From the NCBI RefSeq assembly GCF_018977255.1, contig NW_024704742.1, positions 64,854,001-64,918,000 on the forward strand: a DNA stretch of 64,000 bases. Reading direction: 5' to 3'. Under the pieces are notes generated by a model that was not told the origin of the DNA, made no database searches, and worked only from the letters and a program-made list of their open reading frames with translations. The DNA comes from Callorhinchus milii (Eukaryota). Positions 24,480-37,600 of the stretch are shown in pieces (the stretch's first letter is position 1; the number at the start of each line of letters is the position of its first letter). The position numbers and the translations under genes are program-made.

Positions 24480-24810
24480 AAATAACAATACTTGCGTTTG
24501 GTTTGGCACCTTTCACATTGGAAGGAGATCTCAAAGCGCTTCACAGGATTTTACTGTATTTGTAGGGAAACACAGCATCCCAAGCCCACACAGCACAAAG
24601 AGCCATGAAACAAATAATCAATTTTATTTGATAGATTACTGGTCTGGACACCAGGAGAAATTTCTTTCACTTTTTGAACAGTGCCATGGGATGTTTAACA
24701 TCTACCTGAACGGGCAGTTGGGATCTCGCTTTAACGTCTCATCCGAAGGACAGCACCTCCAACAACGCAGCACAACCCAAGCACTGCAACAGAGTGTCAA
24801 TCTAGTCTAT
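24480..24810 (-). mobile_element. DeuSINE-type SINE
   Basis: Family tail plus a well-preserved Deu domain (gtgccatgggatgtttaacatctacctga...tttaacgtctcatccgaaggacagcacctcc). Confidence 0.8.
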
Positions 24811-25014
24811 GAGAGTTCAATGTCCCAACGTGGGCAAGTTTTCCCACTGCTTATCCAGCTAGAATCACCCTATCCATTCGGGTTTGAACTTGCAGGGTTA
24901 ACGGGAGCTAAGTGGGAAACGTCCCTGCCCTCAGTGTCCTTCAAGTTCTGTCGATGAGCCAGGTTTTACCAACTCATGGAAATGTCAACAATAAACGTTG
25001 GATCTCCAACTTAC

Positions 25015-25166
25015 AGTTATATGATTATAGATGAGTTGTGACCAGCCAAAGAGGTCTGCAAGTCTGTAGAAGGCTGCCAGCTTACAACGCAGTAGTTTCT
25101 CTCCTTTTTCGTATGCCACAGATTCAGACCCTCTAAGGTCATTCACAGGTGTAACCATTCCAAGAC
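25015..25166 (-). CDS. ADD1: alpha-adducin exon 4 ([16 protein letters not shown]...[10 protein letters not shown])
   Basis: 152 nt, phase 1/0; ttag|GT ... ACT|gtaagt. Confidence 0.97.
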
Positions 25167-25839
25167 CTAAAAGCAAAGGCAATGATACCCATAAGGTGAA
25201 CATATAATTAAATTTTTCCATTCCTGAATTAAAGAGAATCTGTGATGGACCCTTGTTTCTTTGTCTGGAAGATACACCACTGACACTCCAAGCAACATCA
25301 AGCTGTCCAGTTTGCCTCGGACGCCACTTAGGGCGGCCAAAATGGCCAGTGCCGACATGTCCGGCTTAAGGGGTTTCCACTGTATATGCATTTGATCTAG
25401 TGCCTCATCACGTCTCCCAAACCACTTCACAGGATATAACTGTGTGCATTCTTCTGGCAAATTCAGCAGCAAATTTGGGTGTAGCAATATCCCCAAACAG
25501 CCATGGAATGTCCAATTATTTAGTAATTGTTGCCCAGACAAACTCCCTTCTCTTTTTGAATACTACTTTCTTACGGGTGGAATAATTTCCACAGGAAGGA
25601 GTTCCAATTTTTCCTAGTATATTGTATTCTGCCAGACAGAAAAGAGTAACACCTCATGATCCCATTTTCTAATGGATTTATCTAAAACAGTTACCTAAAC
25701 TGATCTAGGTTTACTAATTTTTTATTCTTCTGACATCAAAAGATAGGAAGACCAACAAAGTAATTCCTTTTCTCCTTGCTAATCTTCGTCCTTCCTTACT
25801 TAAAGTATAGAACTTATTTTATGCTTTTAATGGGATACA

Positions 25840-26395
25840 AATTATTACATTTGTATAGCGGCTTTCGCATCAGGAGGACGTTCCAATACGCTGGACAGTC
25901 AAGGATCCGCACGCGAGCTGGTTGTTGGGATCAGGAGGGGTGGAGGGCGGGAAGGGTAGGGGTAGGAGGGTGACCAAAGGCACGGTCGAAGAGAAGGGTC
26001 CTGAGACCGGTCTTGAAGGAGGCAAGGGAGGGGGTGAGGCGGAGGGACTGTGGGATGGAGTTCCAAAGAGTCGGGGCAGAGAGGCCGCCAATGGTGGGGC
26101 GCACAAGGCAGGGGACATGAAGCAGGCCAGAGCCCGCTGAGTGGAGGGAGTGGACAGGTTGGTAGGAGGTTAGGAGGTCACAGGGAGGGAGGAGCAAGGC
26201 CACAAAGGGCTTTGAAGGTGAGGACCAGGAATTTAAACTGTGTCCTCTGAGTGATAGGAAGTCAGTGGAGCCAGGCAAGGATGGAGGTGATAGGGTCACA
26301 TAGTCTGATGCTGGAGAGGACCCAGGCTGCAGACTTCTGGATGATTTGCAGCCTGTGGAGGAAGGAGTTGGGGAGGCTGACAAGCAAGGAGTTTG
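25840..26395 (-). mobile_element. L2 LINE 3' fragment
   Basis: Family tail plus ORF2 C-terminal remnants (APTLWNSIPQSLR..SLASFKTGLRTLLF). Confidence 0.85.
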
Positions 26396-26401
26396 CTTAG
26401 T

Positions 26402-26839
26402 GGAGTTGAATCAGACCTATTTAAACATCTTGTTAAATAAACTACTGTGACACCTTAAGCTAGATTATTGAACAGATAGTTGAGAACATCACCCGAGAAT
26501 GTCCCTGATCTATGATAAGTGATCTTACCTTATTTGGAGATGTTAGTTTGGGGGGGGGTTAAAGTCCACAAGCAGCTCTAAATCTCTCTACCTTAAGCAA
26601 AATTTTCTTATTTATGTAGAATTTTTGGTAAGCAAAGGCAACTCATTTAATAAATGAAGAGTTCCTCTCCTCTCTTATGTCCACACATGCACAACCCCAA
26701 ATCAGATAGGCTCACTCATCATAAACCAGGGACATTCTTGGGCTATGTTCTCAACTATCCATTCAATAATCTAGTTTAGCCACAGAGGGTCACAGTAGTT
26801 TATTTTAATAAAATGTTTTAAGAGGTCTGACTCAACCCC
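26402..26839. repeat. long inverted repeat (fold-back, MITE-like), ~140-bp arms
   Basis: 26402-26537 aligns with the reverse complement of 26697-26839, e.g. aaataaactactgtgac/gtcacagtagtttattt and gatagttgagaacat/atgttctcaactatc. Confidence 0.9.
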
Positions 26840-27006
26840 TTTCCTTAGTAGTGCTGAATATTCATGAAAGGTTTGAATTTTTTTTACAATGTGATAAGAG
26901 TAAAATTTTCCTTAGAATATATAAAGTTATTATCAGTTTAATCAAGCAATTCCACATCTCTTCAGTTCAATGAAACATCAGCTCAAAATTATAAAATTAT
27001 ACTCAC

Positions 27007-27169
27007 TCATGTTTAATGCAGCCATTCCACCTTGTGGTGCAGCTGGGTACATACTAGGTACATTTGTTGTCATGAAATCAGCAATCTGTTGTAATGCAAG
27101 TAGACTGGTAGGAGTTTTTCCCTTCTTGAGTTGGTCTTGAATCATTGATTCCAGTTCTTCACAGAAAGC
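27007..27169 (-). CDS. ADD1: alpha-adducin exon 3 (AFCEELESMIQDQLKKGKTPTSLLALQQIADF...GGMAALNM)
   Basis: 163 nt, phase 0/1; tttag|GCT ... ATGA|gtgagt. Confidence 0.97.
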
Positions 27170-27254
27170 CTAAAGAATGAATATTCATTTTTAAAAAGGG
27201 TCATGAATGTGCACGTGCACAAGTGCTTTTATAACCACAACAGCTACTATAACA

Positions 27255-27765
27255 ATTTACATTTAAATTACACTTTTCATGTCAGAAGGACATCTCAAAG
27301 CACTACACACAACTGACTGAATCCAAACCCTTTGGGGAGGGTGGAAGAATGAGAAGTGTCCAAATAAAATTGATTATTATTATAAGAGTGGCTTATGAGC
27401 TGGGTCTTAAGGTGGGCTTTGAAGGTGGGGCAGGAGGGGGCAAGGAGAAAGAATTCTGGATTCCAGGGAGCGGGGCAAAATGGTTAAAGTTTAGCCTGCG
27501 ACATGAAGCAGGCTGGTGTTTGCGAATGACTGGGGCAAAAGATATGGTGGGCTGATACCATAGAGGCATTTGAAAGTGAAGATGAGAATTTTGAATTTAA
27601 TCCATTGAAAGATGGCGGGCCAGTATAACCAAGCAGAGACAGGGCTAGAGGCTTAAAAATTCTCATCCTGGGAGAAGATATGGGTTGCAAAACTCTGGAT
27701 GGTGTGCAAGCTTGTGTTGAGATGAACTATAGAGGCATTGCAATAGTTGAGCCTGGAGGTGATAT
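27255..27765 (-). mobile_element. decayed L2 LINE 3' fragment
   Basis: Family tail and similarity to 25840-26395; gcaatagttgagcctggaggtga (TSRLxY motif, reverse). Confidence 0.7.
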
Positions 27766-27868
27766 TAATACATTAACTAATTATTCATCATAGAACTTTC
27801 CTATGCGCATAATTTTTCATCATCAGCCGAGGTCACATTTCATACACTTGATACATTTTTGATTTTAC

Positions 27869-28060
27869 CGGACTCTGAAGAATCATGGATACTCTTTTCC
27901 TCTGCTCCATCATATTGAAATCCTGGCGCAAGTCAGGAGGCATATTCCTCTCTCTGAGGTATTCAGGATTGTTCTCATCAATTCGGTCAAAGTATTTCTC
28001 CTTGTGTGGAGCAGATGGGGGTGGTGAAGTAACCACCCCTACACCAGAGTCACCATTCAT
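27869..28060 (-). CDS. ADD1: alpha-adducin first coding exon ([15 protein letters not shown]...VSMILQSP); the exon starts at 28079 with 19 nt of UTR
   Basis: ATG at 28060, CCG|gtaaaa donor, tttcatag acceptor; N-terminus diagnostic for ADD1 rather than ADD2 or ADD3. Confidence 0.98.
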
Positions 28061-28371
28061 AGCAGGATCTTATATTCTCCTATGAAAGAAATCAAATTGA
28101 AATGTCAACTTAAATGGCTGTCATCACCAATAACTAGCAAACTACTATGGACTCATTCTACTTGCAGAAAATATTAAATTAGCAATTCAACTAATTTACT
28201 TGTTCCTCAATAGAAAATCTGGTCAATAGAAAAACTTTGAATCTTTATGCTGTCATTCCTACACAACTTTCTAGATTTCTAGGACTCCTTTTTAAACTGG
28301 TCAGCACTTGCTTACTGGCCTGTTAAGAGACTCCCTTTCAACAAAGGAAACAATAACACAATTAGATCAGA

Positions 28372-28684
28372 AATAATAATAATCCTTGCATTTTGATATA
28401 GCGCTTTTCATGTCGGGAGGACGTCCCAAAGCGCTTCACAGAACACACTATAAAGTGAATTGACTGTATATTTGTGGGCGAACGCGGCAGCCAATTGCGC
28501 ACAGCAATGTCCCACAAACAGTCGTAGATTGAAAATGACCAATTTATTATTGTTTTTGGTTTTGGAGGGATTATTATTACGCGTGTGGAGTAAGGAAACT
28601 TGCCCAAGGTTTCGCTCTGCCTGGAATTGAACCCAGGTGTCTCGCTTGCAAGGTGAGTGCTCTAACCACGGAGCTACAGGTCTC
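28372..28684 (-). mobile_element. full-length tRNA-derived SINE
   Basis: Same structure as 8054-8381. Confidence 0.92.
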
Positions 28685-28694
28685 TGCTAGGTCA

Positions 28695-28977
28695 ACAGCT
28701 ACAGAGTTCCAGAGGATGTGGGAAGAAAAGCTAAAGGACCGACAGCTAATGGTGGGGCAGGCGGAGCGGGACATGAAGCAGGCCAGTGCCCGCCGAGCAG
28801 AGGGAGCGGACAAGTTGGTATGGTGTAATTGACTCGCAGAGGTAGGGAAGAGCAAGACCGTAGAGGGTTTTAAGAGAGGACGAGGATTTTAAACTCAATC
28901 CTCTGAGGGATGGGGAGCCAGTGGAGCCGGGCGAGGATGGGGGAGATCAGTTCACGCAGCTTTGTACGGGAGAGGAC
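28695..28977 (-). mobile_element. L2 LINE fragment
   Basis: Similar to 26090-26330 (gacatgaagcaggccag, gggagccagtggagcc). Confidence 0.75.
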
Positions 28978-29199
28978 AAAAGCATTGTACACGTACAAGG
29001 TGTAAAAGATAACTAAATTTAAATGTACACTTTAGAAATTATATACATCAATGCATACTATGTGTTGCCATTTAATGAGAGAACTACTGGATGTTGTTCA
29101 TTCATCTTAGACAAAGGTTACATTTTTAAAAGGGATTCTCTGGTTGGTAAAGATCATGCCCGATGTGAAAAGGAACCTTACAAACCAAGATGATACCAC

Positions 29200-29430
29200 A
29201 TTCTGTTCTGAATTAGTTCATCTCAGCTCCGTCAACAGTCGATATATGATAGTGGGGAAGTGAAAAATCAACCAGGGTTCCAACTTCTGATTTTTATAAT
29301 AATAAATCTACAGTATCACCATGGCTCAAGTAGCACGTCAGTTTGGCTCAGTTGGTAGCACTCACACCTTTGAGTCAGAAAGTTGTGGTTTCAAGCCCCA
29401 CGACGAGACTTTCAGCTCATATAGTCTAGT
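29200..29430 (+). mobile_element. LF-SINE-like relic followed by a DeuSINE tRNA head
   Basis: gaattagttcatctcagct...aaaatcaaccagggttcc resembles LF-SINE (recalled); ggctcagttggtagcactc...gagtcagaaagttgtggtttcaagcccc is an A/B-box head. Confidence 0.5.
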
Positions 29431-30039
29431 CCAGCTTTCTCAAATGCAGCCACAGTAGCCCTGTCCCTGCCCCCCCACCACCCACCCACAACGTGAGGTT
29501 TGCAGCTGCTATTGCAAGGGTTGATCAAGGATTTCACCAGGTGGGTGGGAGGCGCAGTTTTATTTTCGATTTCCCACTGCCTGTTATAATGCTGGTGTTC
29601 CCATAATGGCATCATTACAGACAGCAAGATTTTTTTTAAAAACTCTCTTGATCCATCAGAGCTTCTATCTATCGCTATCGCCATTTCTCACTGCCAGGGG
29701 CAGATGCTCCAATGGATAAAGAGGCCATTTTGTTTTTTAAAAAAAATTAAATGCCGCTGTCTAGCAACAGCAAGCTCGGGGTTATTGGCGTCATTACAGA
29801 TAGCGGGAAAAGTCAGTTATTCAAATATACAATTAAGGACAACCTAAAGGGAGGTACTAAGACTTTATTTCTGCACTTCCATTAATCTTTAAACATGATC
29901 AAATGTAAAGAAACTCGCAAAACTCGCAAAAGCGTAAAAAATTTAAATAAATATATCCTTTCAATCAAAAGTGAGTTTGATTGAAAGCTTAAGATCGCAG
30001 CACAGCAATATCATTGTTGTCTATGTCTGGGGGAAGGGA

Positions 30040-30398
30040 AGCAAGAAACCAAAGGTGCATTCAAAAAGAAAGGATTTTAAGATGAATTTTAAAAGCAGAC
30101 AGAGAGGGGGTGGGGGGAAGATATAAGGTAGAAGGATTCAGGGCGAGCACCAGAATGCAGTGTGTAAAACTCACCAAACATTGGTGGGCCGGAGGGATTG
30201 GAAGGTCAGAGTGCGCAGAGCAGGAGTGGGCAGAAGAGGACTGCAGGAGATCACAGAAGTAGAAATGTGGCAAATGTTTGGGTGACACTTGAAAGTTGGA
30301 ATGAGGACCTTAATGTCAATCAAGCTGTCGAACAGGGAACCAGTGGAGTCTGGCAAGGATGGGGAGGGGAGAAATGCGGGCTGTAGGACTCTGGGTAA
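30040..30398 (-). mobile_element. L2 LINE fragment truncated by the MITE
   Basis: Similar to other L2 copies (ggaaccagtggagtctggcaaggatggg). Confidence 0.7.
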
Positions 30399-30931
30399 TA
30401 CAGTAAAACTCACACAAGTCATATCAGTCGGGACCATCACATTTAACATCACTTGCGCAAAGTCCAAGTTGGAGGCAAACTGTAAAAGTCACATAAAATC
30501 TAATTTAATAATCTACACAGCACAAGCGTAATTCAGTGTGGCTTGTAAGTGATCATGCAGTGACAGGTCAAAACTACATTTCCTGTAATTCAATGACCTG
30601 TCGCCCCATGTGCACAATGACAATACCGTCAATCGTAGGAAATTCAGTTCTTCTGCGCACATGCCAATGGATCAAGACTACGTTTCCCACGATTCAATGC
30701 AGCCAAGAGCGCATGCACTGACGGATCAGGATGTCATCTTCCACAATTCAATGCAGCGGCAAGTGTGGGAGAATGGAGGATAGGGGAATGGTGTTACGAG
30801 TTAGGGAGATAATTACTACGAGCAGTGCAAAGAAATCTAAATAATTTTGATAAGAAGCTGAATGGGACTTGGGTGAATGTATGACTTCGGCAACTGTACC
30901 AATTTATAGATATAATGTGAGTTTTAGTGTA
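30399..30931. mobile_element. MITE, Tc1/mariner (Tigger-like) type, copy 2
   Basis: TA-CAGTAAAACTCACA ... TGTGAGTTTTAGTG-TA; internal repeats as in copy 1. Confidence 0.8.
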
Positions 30932-33499
30932 CTGTATGGCTGTTTTTCAGTCTTTCTGCACCCACTCTCCAGAACTCCACCCTGGAATCCCTGCCTCGCC
31001 TCGCTCAAGACCGATCTCTGACCACACTGTCAATCACTTTTCCCTACCCACTCACCCCCTGCTCAGGTGCCCGGCCTTTACTGTTAAGACATCATGAATA
31101 TTCAAAGAGTAGCTCCCAATAAGCCAAATGTAGTACTCTAGAAGCTTTCAGCCTACCACTGGTAGCACAATATATTAAAATGTTTACTACTAACAGGTCT
31201 CATTTTATAACCGAAAAGTAACAGATAAAAGAATATGCCCTTCCCCTTAATTCCCTATGGACAGAAGAGTTCAGTACCTAAACTATAAATATTTCTAACA
31301 AGATGACATTTGCAGCTGCAGGAACCTTTATCTCAGCTAACTGCTATTTACAGAGATTAACAATTTCAAATTGTAAAATTATTATTTTTTTTAGTGAAGA
31401 AGTTACTCATGTTAACTGAGCCCCTACTATCCTCTGGGTGTGGAGGAGGGAGTAGGAAAGAGTAGACTCCTGCAATTATGACATTATTGCATCTAATTTT
31501 TGCTTTGGTTTGCCAGGTGTGCCTGAAGCACGCAGAAACCCATCACCAATGCTAGAGTAGTCAAACTAGACACATTGCATTTATATGGCACCTCCACATG
31601 GAAAGTTCCCTCTGAGCATAGTTGCTAAAATACCAGTTGTATTACAATAACTTGAAAAATAGCTCGAGATTTTGAATAGGAAAATGTTTTTGGACTATGT
31701 TACAGCTGCTGAACACAATACTCATTTCATCAAGCAGAATGTATGGAGAAACACCAGAATTAACTTTTACATTACATTTTAATGGGAAAGAAAAAGAAGT
31801 CAAAGGCACTTTTTTTTTTGCAAGAGAAATTTTATTCGGTTTTCTAAATGGCAAGACACATTTCTGAGCAGTAATTCCATACTTGCTTCTATTTCAAAAT
31901 ACTTAAATTTTGTGGTGAATTGCAAAAATATACAACAAAAAATCCTTGCAAAGTGACTTGAAAGGTACTATATCAAATGCAAGGATTATTATCGTGTGAA
32001 ATTTCATTTTAATTTTGATGAAGATGAGTAATTCTTGAAATAAAGATTTAGGAAAATAACTGAACACGAGTGTTGGTACATGAAAGGTAACTTATTTTAC
32101 TTACATTGCAAATTCAATAACACTTAAGTTATCTTCTACGTTGAAATAGTTTGAAAAGTATTTTGAAAGTCTAATGAATATTATGTAGGTATTAAGACTA
32201 ATTTGCACAATTTAAACGTTGATGGATACTGTGTTAAGTGCTACATTCTTGGAAGCTTCATAGCTAGAATCAAATTCAAAATTTTGAGTTTTGGTTTCAG
32301 ATCAAAAACTCTCAAGATTGTTGAAGCCTCTATAAGATGTTAAGAAACCAACTATACTGCAGACGTCATTGTGACTACAAAGTTGGCACTCTGTTGTGTA
32401 TACTTTGGCCAATTCTGAAAAGCTCACTATTTTTAGAAGGAAGTAATCAATATGCAATCAGATTCCTATTCTAGAATGGTTGTGCCACAAAAATACAGAC
32501 TTCAACCATCAGCGTTCTTCTTTAAACATTGATTTCTTGTTTTTTGATTGTCGTAAGAGATTTTAAATAAAATGAACCTCTTTTACAATGGAAGAGGAAT
32601 TGATAAAATACTATATTGAGAAGTGAAACAAATTTTGCTTTCTCCACAGAGAATAAACAAATTTGGCTGCTTTTTATCTTCTCTTTTAAAGGCTTTTAGA
32701 ACGACTCTTGCTCTCTCCCGGGATGGAACGATGAGAAAAAGAGGCAAACAATAAAGAACTGTATAATGTGTAATGATAAAAAATACAAGGTACCTCTTAA
32801 CCCCTTTTGATCTCATCTTTCCAGAATACCAAGCCTACCAGCTTCCCATCACAGCATCAAACTGTTATTTAAATGAGTGAAACATTAAACCAGATTTCTG
32901 TTTTGCCTTTTTTTCAGGTAGATATTAAACATTCAAAAATGCCACCACCACCCCCCCCCCCCCCGCCAGATTTCTGGTGTACTCCAGATCAATGGCTTTT
33001 GGTGCATCCATACAAATAGGTGCATCTACCTACAACAAGTCACTACACTTATAGCAAATACTTATGAAACACTGACATTTCCACTCAAGATACCATAAAA
33101 ACACTAGTTCTTGATCACTTTGGGGATTCTGGACAAACAATAACAACAACTTGCATTTATATTGGGAGTACTGCTCTATATTGGAGTGTTGGGGTTGAAC
33201 ACCGAATGAGGAAGGTTGATGAGGCAAACCTTGAGGGATTTATATACACAATAGAACAACAACAACATGCATTTATATTACACCCTTCACACAGGGTAGC
33301 GTCCCGGAGCGCTTCAATTGTAATACAATCACAATATGATAGAATTTATACTTATATAGAGCCTTTCATATTGTACACTGCTTGACAATTCTAGCAGAGC
33401 AGCAGAGCTAAGGAGATGAGGACCAAAAGCACAATTTTTTAATTTTTTTTGTCAGCCTGACATGCAGAAACCCTTTACCAAAACAACTTGCATTTTTAG

Positions 33500-33790
33500 C
33501 GTTTAAATCCCTCCATTCCTTGGCACCCCTCTATCTTTCTAACCTCCTTTCTCCCCACAGCAGTGCCATCGGCAGCCGTGCCTTCAGCCACTACCCGAAT
33601 CTTTGGAACTCCCTCAACCCCTTCACCTCGCCCACTCCTTCCCCATCTTCAGATCGCACCTGAAGACCTTCCTCTTCGACTGTGCTTACGATCATCTTTC
33701 CCCCCCGGCTTGGCCTCGGGCTCTGCCATTGTTGAGCACTCTGTGACGCCGCCCAGCATGGAGAGTGCTACATAAATGCAAGCTGTTGTT
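33500..33790 (+). mobile_element. L2 LINE 3' fragment
   Basis: tttaaatccctccattccttggcacccctc...ctttggaactccctc...ctacataaatgcaagctgttgtt. Confidence 0.75.
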
Positions 33791-34039
33791 ATATAGCGAC
33801 CCCCCACCCCACTCAAGGATGAAGGAACCAGGCCGTTTCGGAGGATGGTAGATAAGGAGGATTTTGAAGGCGAGGGAGGGTATGGTGTAAGGTTAAATGT
33901 TCAAAAAGGGGGAAGGAGCCTGCGTTGGTTTGAGCAGGGGCTGTGGTGAAACATGTAGCCAGGGAGTGGTTGGGGGTGGAAGGCTTCGGCCAGGAGGACA
34001 GGGTCACCGGGGGACAGCCAAGTTTCAGTGAGCCCCACC

Positions 34040-34330
34040 ACGCTTAAGAGTATCCAAACTAAATAAGAGTCCCATTCCACCTAAACATGGAAGTTCCAGA
34101 TATTTATTGGAATGGAGTGCGTAATTTCCCTGAACGGACGCATCCTGTTTACCTAATTCTGGAAAGTACTTGGTGCAGGTTAGCAAGAGCTGAGGCTTGG
34201 GACCTAAGAGGGTGCGTTGGGGCACTGCTGGAGTCTAACCAGCTAAAATCGCATAGCTTGCTGTGGATACTTCTGTCTGGCAAGCTTTCCTGCTACCGAG
34301 ACCACCACAGAGGGCTGGTTCGAATCTGAC
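34040..34330 (+). repeat. unclassified interspersed repeat (family X)
   Basis: Aligns with 59790-60080 (ggacgcatcctgtttacctaattc, ggtgcaggtt, actgctggagtc). Confidence 0.8.
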
Positions 34331-36836
34331 ATTCCGTTAACTTGGAGCCAGGCGCCACTTACCTCCCTCACCAAGGAGGAAAGCACAATCAAAGAGATAC
34401 GTTTTGAGGTGTGCCCTGGAAGAAGGGAGCAAATTGGAGGGATGTGGGAATGGAATTCCAGAGAGCCAGCATCAAGTGGCTGAAAGCGATGAAAGGGTGG
34501 ACAGAGCAAAGGACATAAGAGTAGGCCAATGTTGGCCGAGCGAAGCGAACGGCAAGGTTAGTAAGGGTGAAGGTGATTTAAATGTGAGGACAAGGATATT
34601 GAATGCAATCTACTAGAATATAGCGAGCCAGTGGAGCCAATACAGATGGGAGTGCTGGTCTCGGGGATTGATAAGAGTGTGAAGATTGGAGGGATAGAGG
34701 CAGGTAATTTCGGTTAGGAGCAACGTGACTATTTATACACCTTCACGATGAGATTAGAGGGGCAGGATAATGTCCATGAAAGGATAGATTTTGCATGGCT
34801 GTAGGAGTACATTTTTCTCACTCTGTGCCTTTATGTTTTTAATATAAGTAAAGACAGATGATTTATACCCCCGAGCACATCAAGTTTAAACTGCTCTCTG
34901 TATTGCAAGGATTTCTGTAGCTCACTAAAGCATTCCAGTAATTACCTCTAGTTTATGCCAATACACATCAAGAGAAACTGATTAATTGCTCAGGACAAAT
35001 GCCAAGAATATTTCAGCCATTATTATAGTTGGATAAATGTATAACCAAAGGAAATAAACGCTTGCAATTTTTAATAATTCATTTTTCAAATGCATAAATT
35101 GTACCATAATGTTCACTAGTACTGACAGATACAATTTTTAAGGATTTCTGCAGAACACGTACAAAGGCAACAGAATGAATATTCAGTTAAAATGCCTACA
35201 AATAATTTCATTCCAATTTTCAATACTTAGTAATTTATTTACTGATAAAACTCATTTGGACATAGACGGAAAATATTCAGCCTTCTCACTCCCACTTTTC
35301 ATCCTCCCTTCCCCCTGACCCAGCATACATATTGTATATGTGTACATGTATAATCAACAATCAATGGAGTTATACATAACAGATTTCTTGATGCACTTAT
35401 CAAGAGGTATACACAAAAGTGACTATAATGATGAATCAAACTGCATGCAACTTAGAAACTGCCAACTTTTCTAGTTTACAACTATGCCAATTTTCCCACT
35501 GCATCTTTTTTGCTTTTACAAGTAGCCAAATCTCTATATACTACAGTTGATCATGCACTTCCCATTCATTTGTTGAAGTTGCATGGGTTCTCCTTAAATA
35601 TATACACTATTAAAATAAGCTAGCACATTTAGTCTATTCCCTGGAAACAGCAGCAGGAAACTGCAAGTTTGAAATAAAAGACTTGAAAGAACTTTTTGTT
35701 TGCCCTTGAAAGTGACAAAGAAACTTCCTAGGCACAGTTCCAAGGAAGGAATTCAAATGGTCAAAAAATGGTCACATGCAAATAGCCTGTTCAGTCATCC
35801 AAAAGGAAATCACATAAAACAACTTTTCATTTTATCCTTAATTAATCTGTAACAGGTTATATTATTGCAGCTTTTATTTTATAGCTTTTACTATAAATCT
35901 GCAAATTTGTAGAAGAAAACGCATGATTTAACTTTACTGGGGTCTAATTGTCAGGGATTCTTTTGCCATTTTTACAAAGCTTGGAAAATTTTCAAATCAA
36001 ATTTGCAGCTGTACATTAGATGCAGGGTGGAAAAGTCCACTTGATATTAAACAATCTTAGTTTACTTGTGATTTTATATTCTGTACAATGTATACAATGT
36101 AGAGGGCTCAGCAGCATACAGCCGAACACTTTTTTCAAAATGCTTTTCAAAAATTTGAAAAAGTAGTCAATTTAGCACCAAACATGAATATACTGTCAGA
36201 CCAAGCTTAACGCTGCAATTAGCTTCTGCACTACTTACAGAAAAAAAAGTATTTTTAACCTTCAGCCTGTTAGAATACTGAAGATCTGGGGCAGGAGGCA
36301 TCAACAGAAATTTACAAATAATTTAATAGGCTAAGATATTATATTTACATTAAATATAATATCGTTCACATCAGGAGGACGTCTCAAAGTGCTTCACTGG
36401 ATATACTGCAAAGTGGAGTGCCAATTTTTCTTGAGTGAATGCTTCAACCCATCTGTCTGCAGATATGACTCACAAACAACCAGAATGCTCTATGCTTAAA
36501 CTATACTGCAATATGTCTTGTGCAAGTGATCAATTATTTCCTGATCTTAAACTATAGAAGAAATGTCATGCGCCAACTCTTATCCAAGTAATTTGTAGAT
36601 TACTATATAGGGAGGGGGAGGGAAAGGATTTCAGATTGGAATGCTGTTTGTGGAACAAAACACATGTACAACAATGGTTATAAATTATTTTCCAAATAAC
36701 TACTTGAACTTTATAAATAGTACCAAGGGAGAAAAAAAATGCAATGCAAACATAGCAATAAAATTAAGCAGGTAAGTAATTGTTGTAATGATCTCCGATT
36801 TTCTGTGACTCCCTCCTTTCAACAGAATTACATTTG

Positions 36837-36915
36837 TATAAATTTAAAAGATAAATTTATATAAATTTAAAAGATAAATTTATATAAATTTAAAAGATAA
36901 ATTTATATAAATTTA
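36837..36915. repeat. 23-bp AT-rich minisatellite, ~3.4 perfect units (tataaatttaaaagataaattta)
   Basis: Direct reading; the unit junctions form the palindrome taaatttatataaattta. Confidence 0.95.
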
Positions 36916-37431
36916 ATTTGGTGTTTGTTTCTACTAACTCATCTGCATCGTGTCCCCACCCTTTACCATTTCAGTTGCTTTGTCCTTGCTCTTTAAAACG
37001 GTCTCTAAATATAAATAATAATCCTTCCATTTGATATAGTCATCAAGACGTCTCGAAGCACTCCACATGATATAATGTAAAGTGGTGTGACTGTATTAGC
37101 ATTCAATCTAACAATGAAACAAACTAATTTTCCAGTTTTATATTAAGTGTTATAAATACATAAGCATCAGTCATAATGCATTTTTAGACTTATAATTCAC
37201 ATTGAACCTTGGGAGTCTTGGCAAAAAAAAAGTAATATATGAACTGAATGATTTTTTCGGTAGCCCAATTCATCTTTTAAATGTGAGAATCACTTTAGAT
37301 ATTAATAGGGCCCTATTATTGATATGGCCTGATAGGAACAGAAAATTTCTAAAAGATGAGTGATTTCTATTTTTAGAATTATAATAGAAAAAAATAGCAT
37401 AGGAATAGTCAGCCAGGTATCTGCAGTATCT

Positions 37432-37600
37432 GGAGTCCTGTAGCTTCGAGGTTCGAGAGGATCTGGATTTGGTTTCCCGGCGGGGCGAAATAGTAAGCAA
37501 GTTTCCTTACTCAACACGCCCTGGTTCACAGGCACTGAGTGGGGAAAAGTCCCTGTTCCAGCCTACCCCTTCATGTTCTGCCAATGAGTGAAGCTAACTG
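37432..37600 (+). mobile_element. decayed tRNA-SINE head and body
   Basis: ggagtcctgtagct...gcaagtttccttactc matches the head of the young SINE. Confidence 0.65.

Noticed and set aside
24337..24957. 206-aa ORF, the longest in the track
   Set aside because: Antisense read-through of a SINE and AT-rich intron; no protein-like features.
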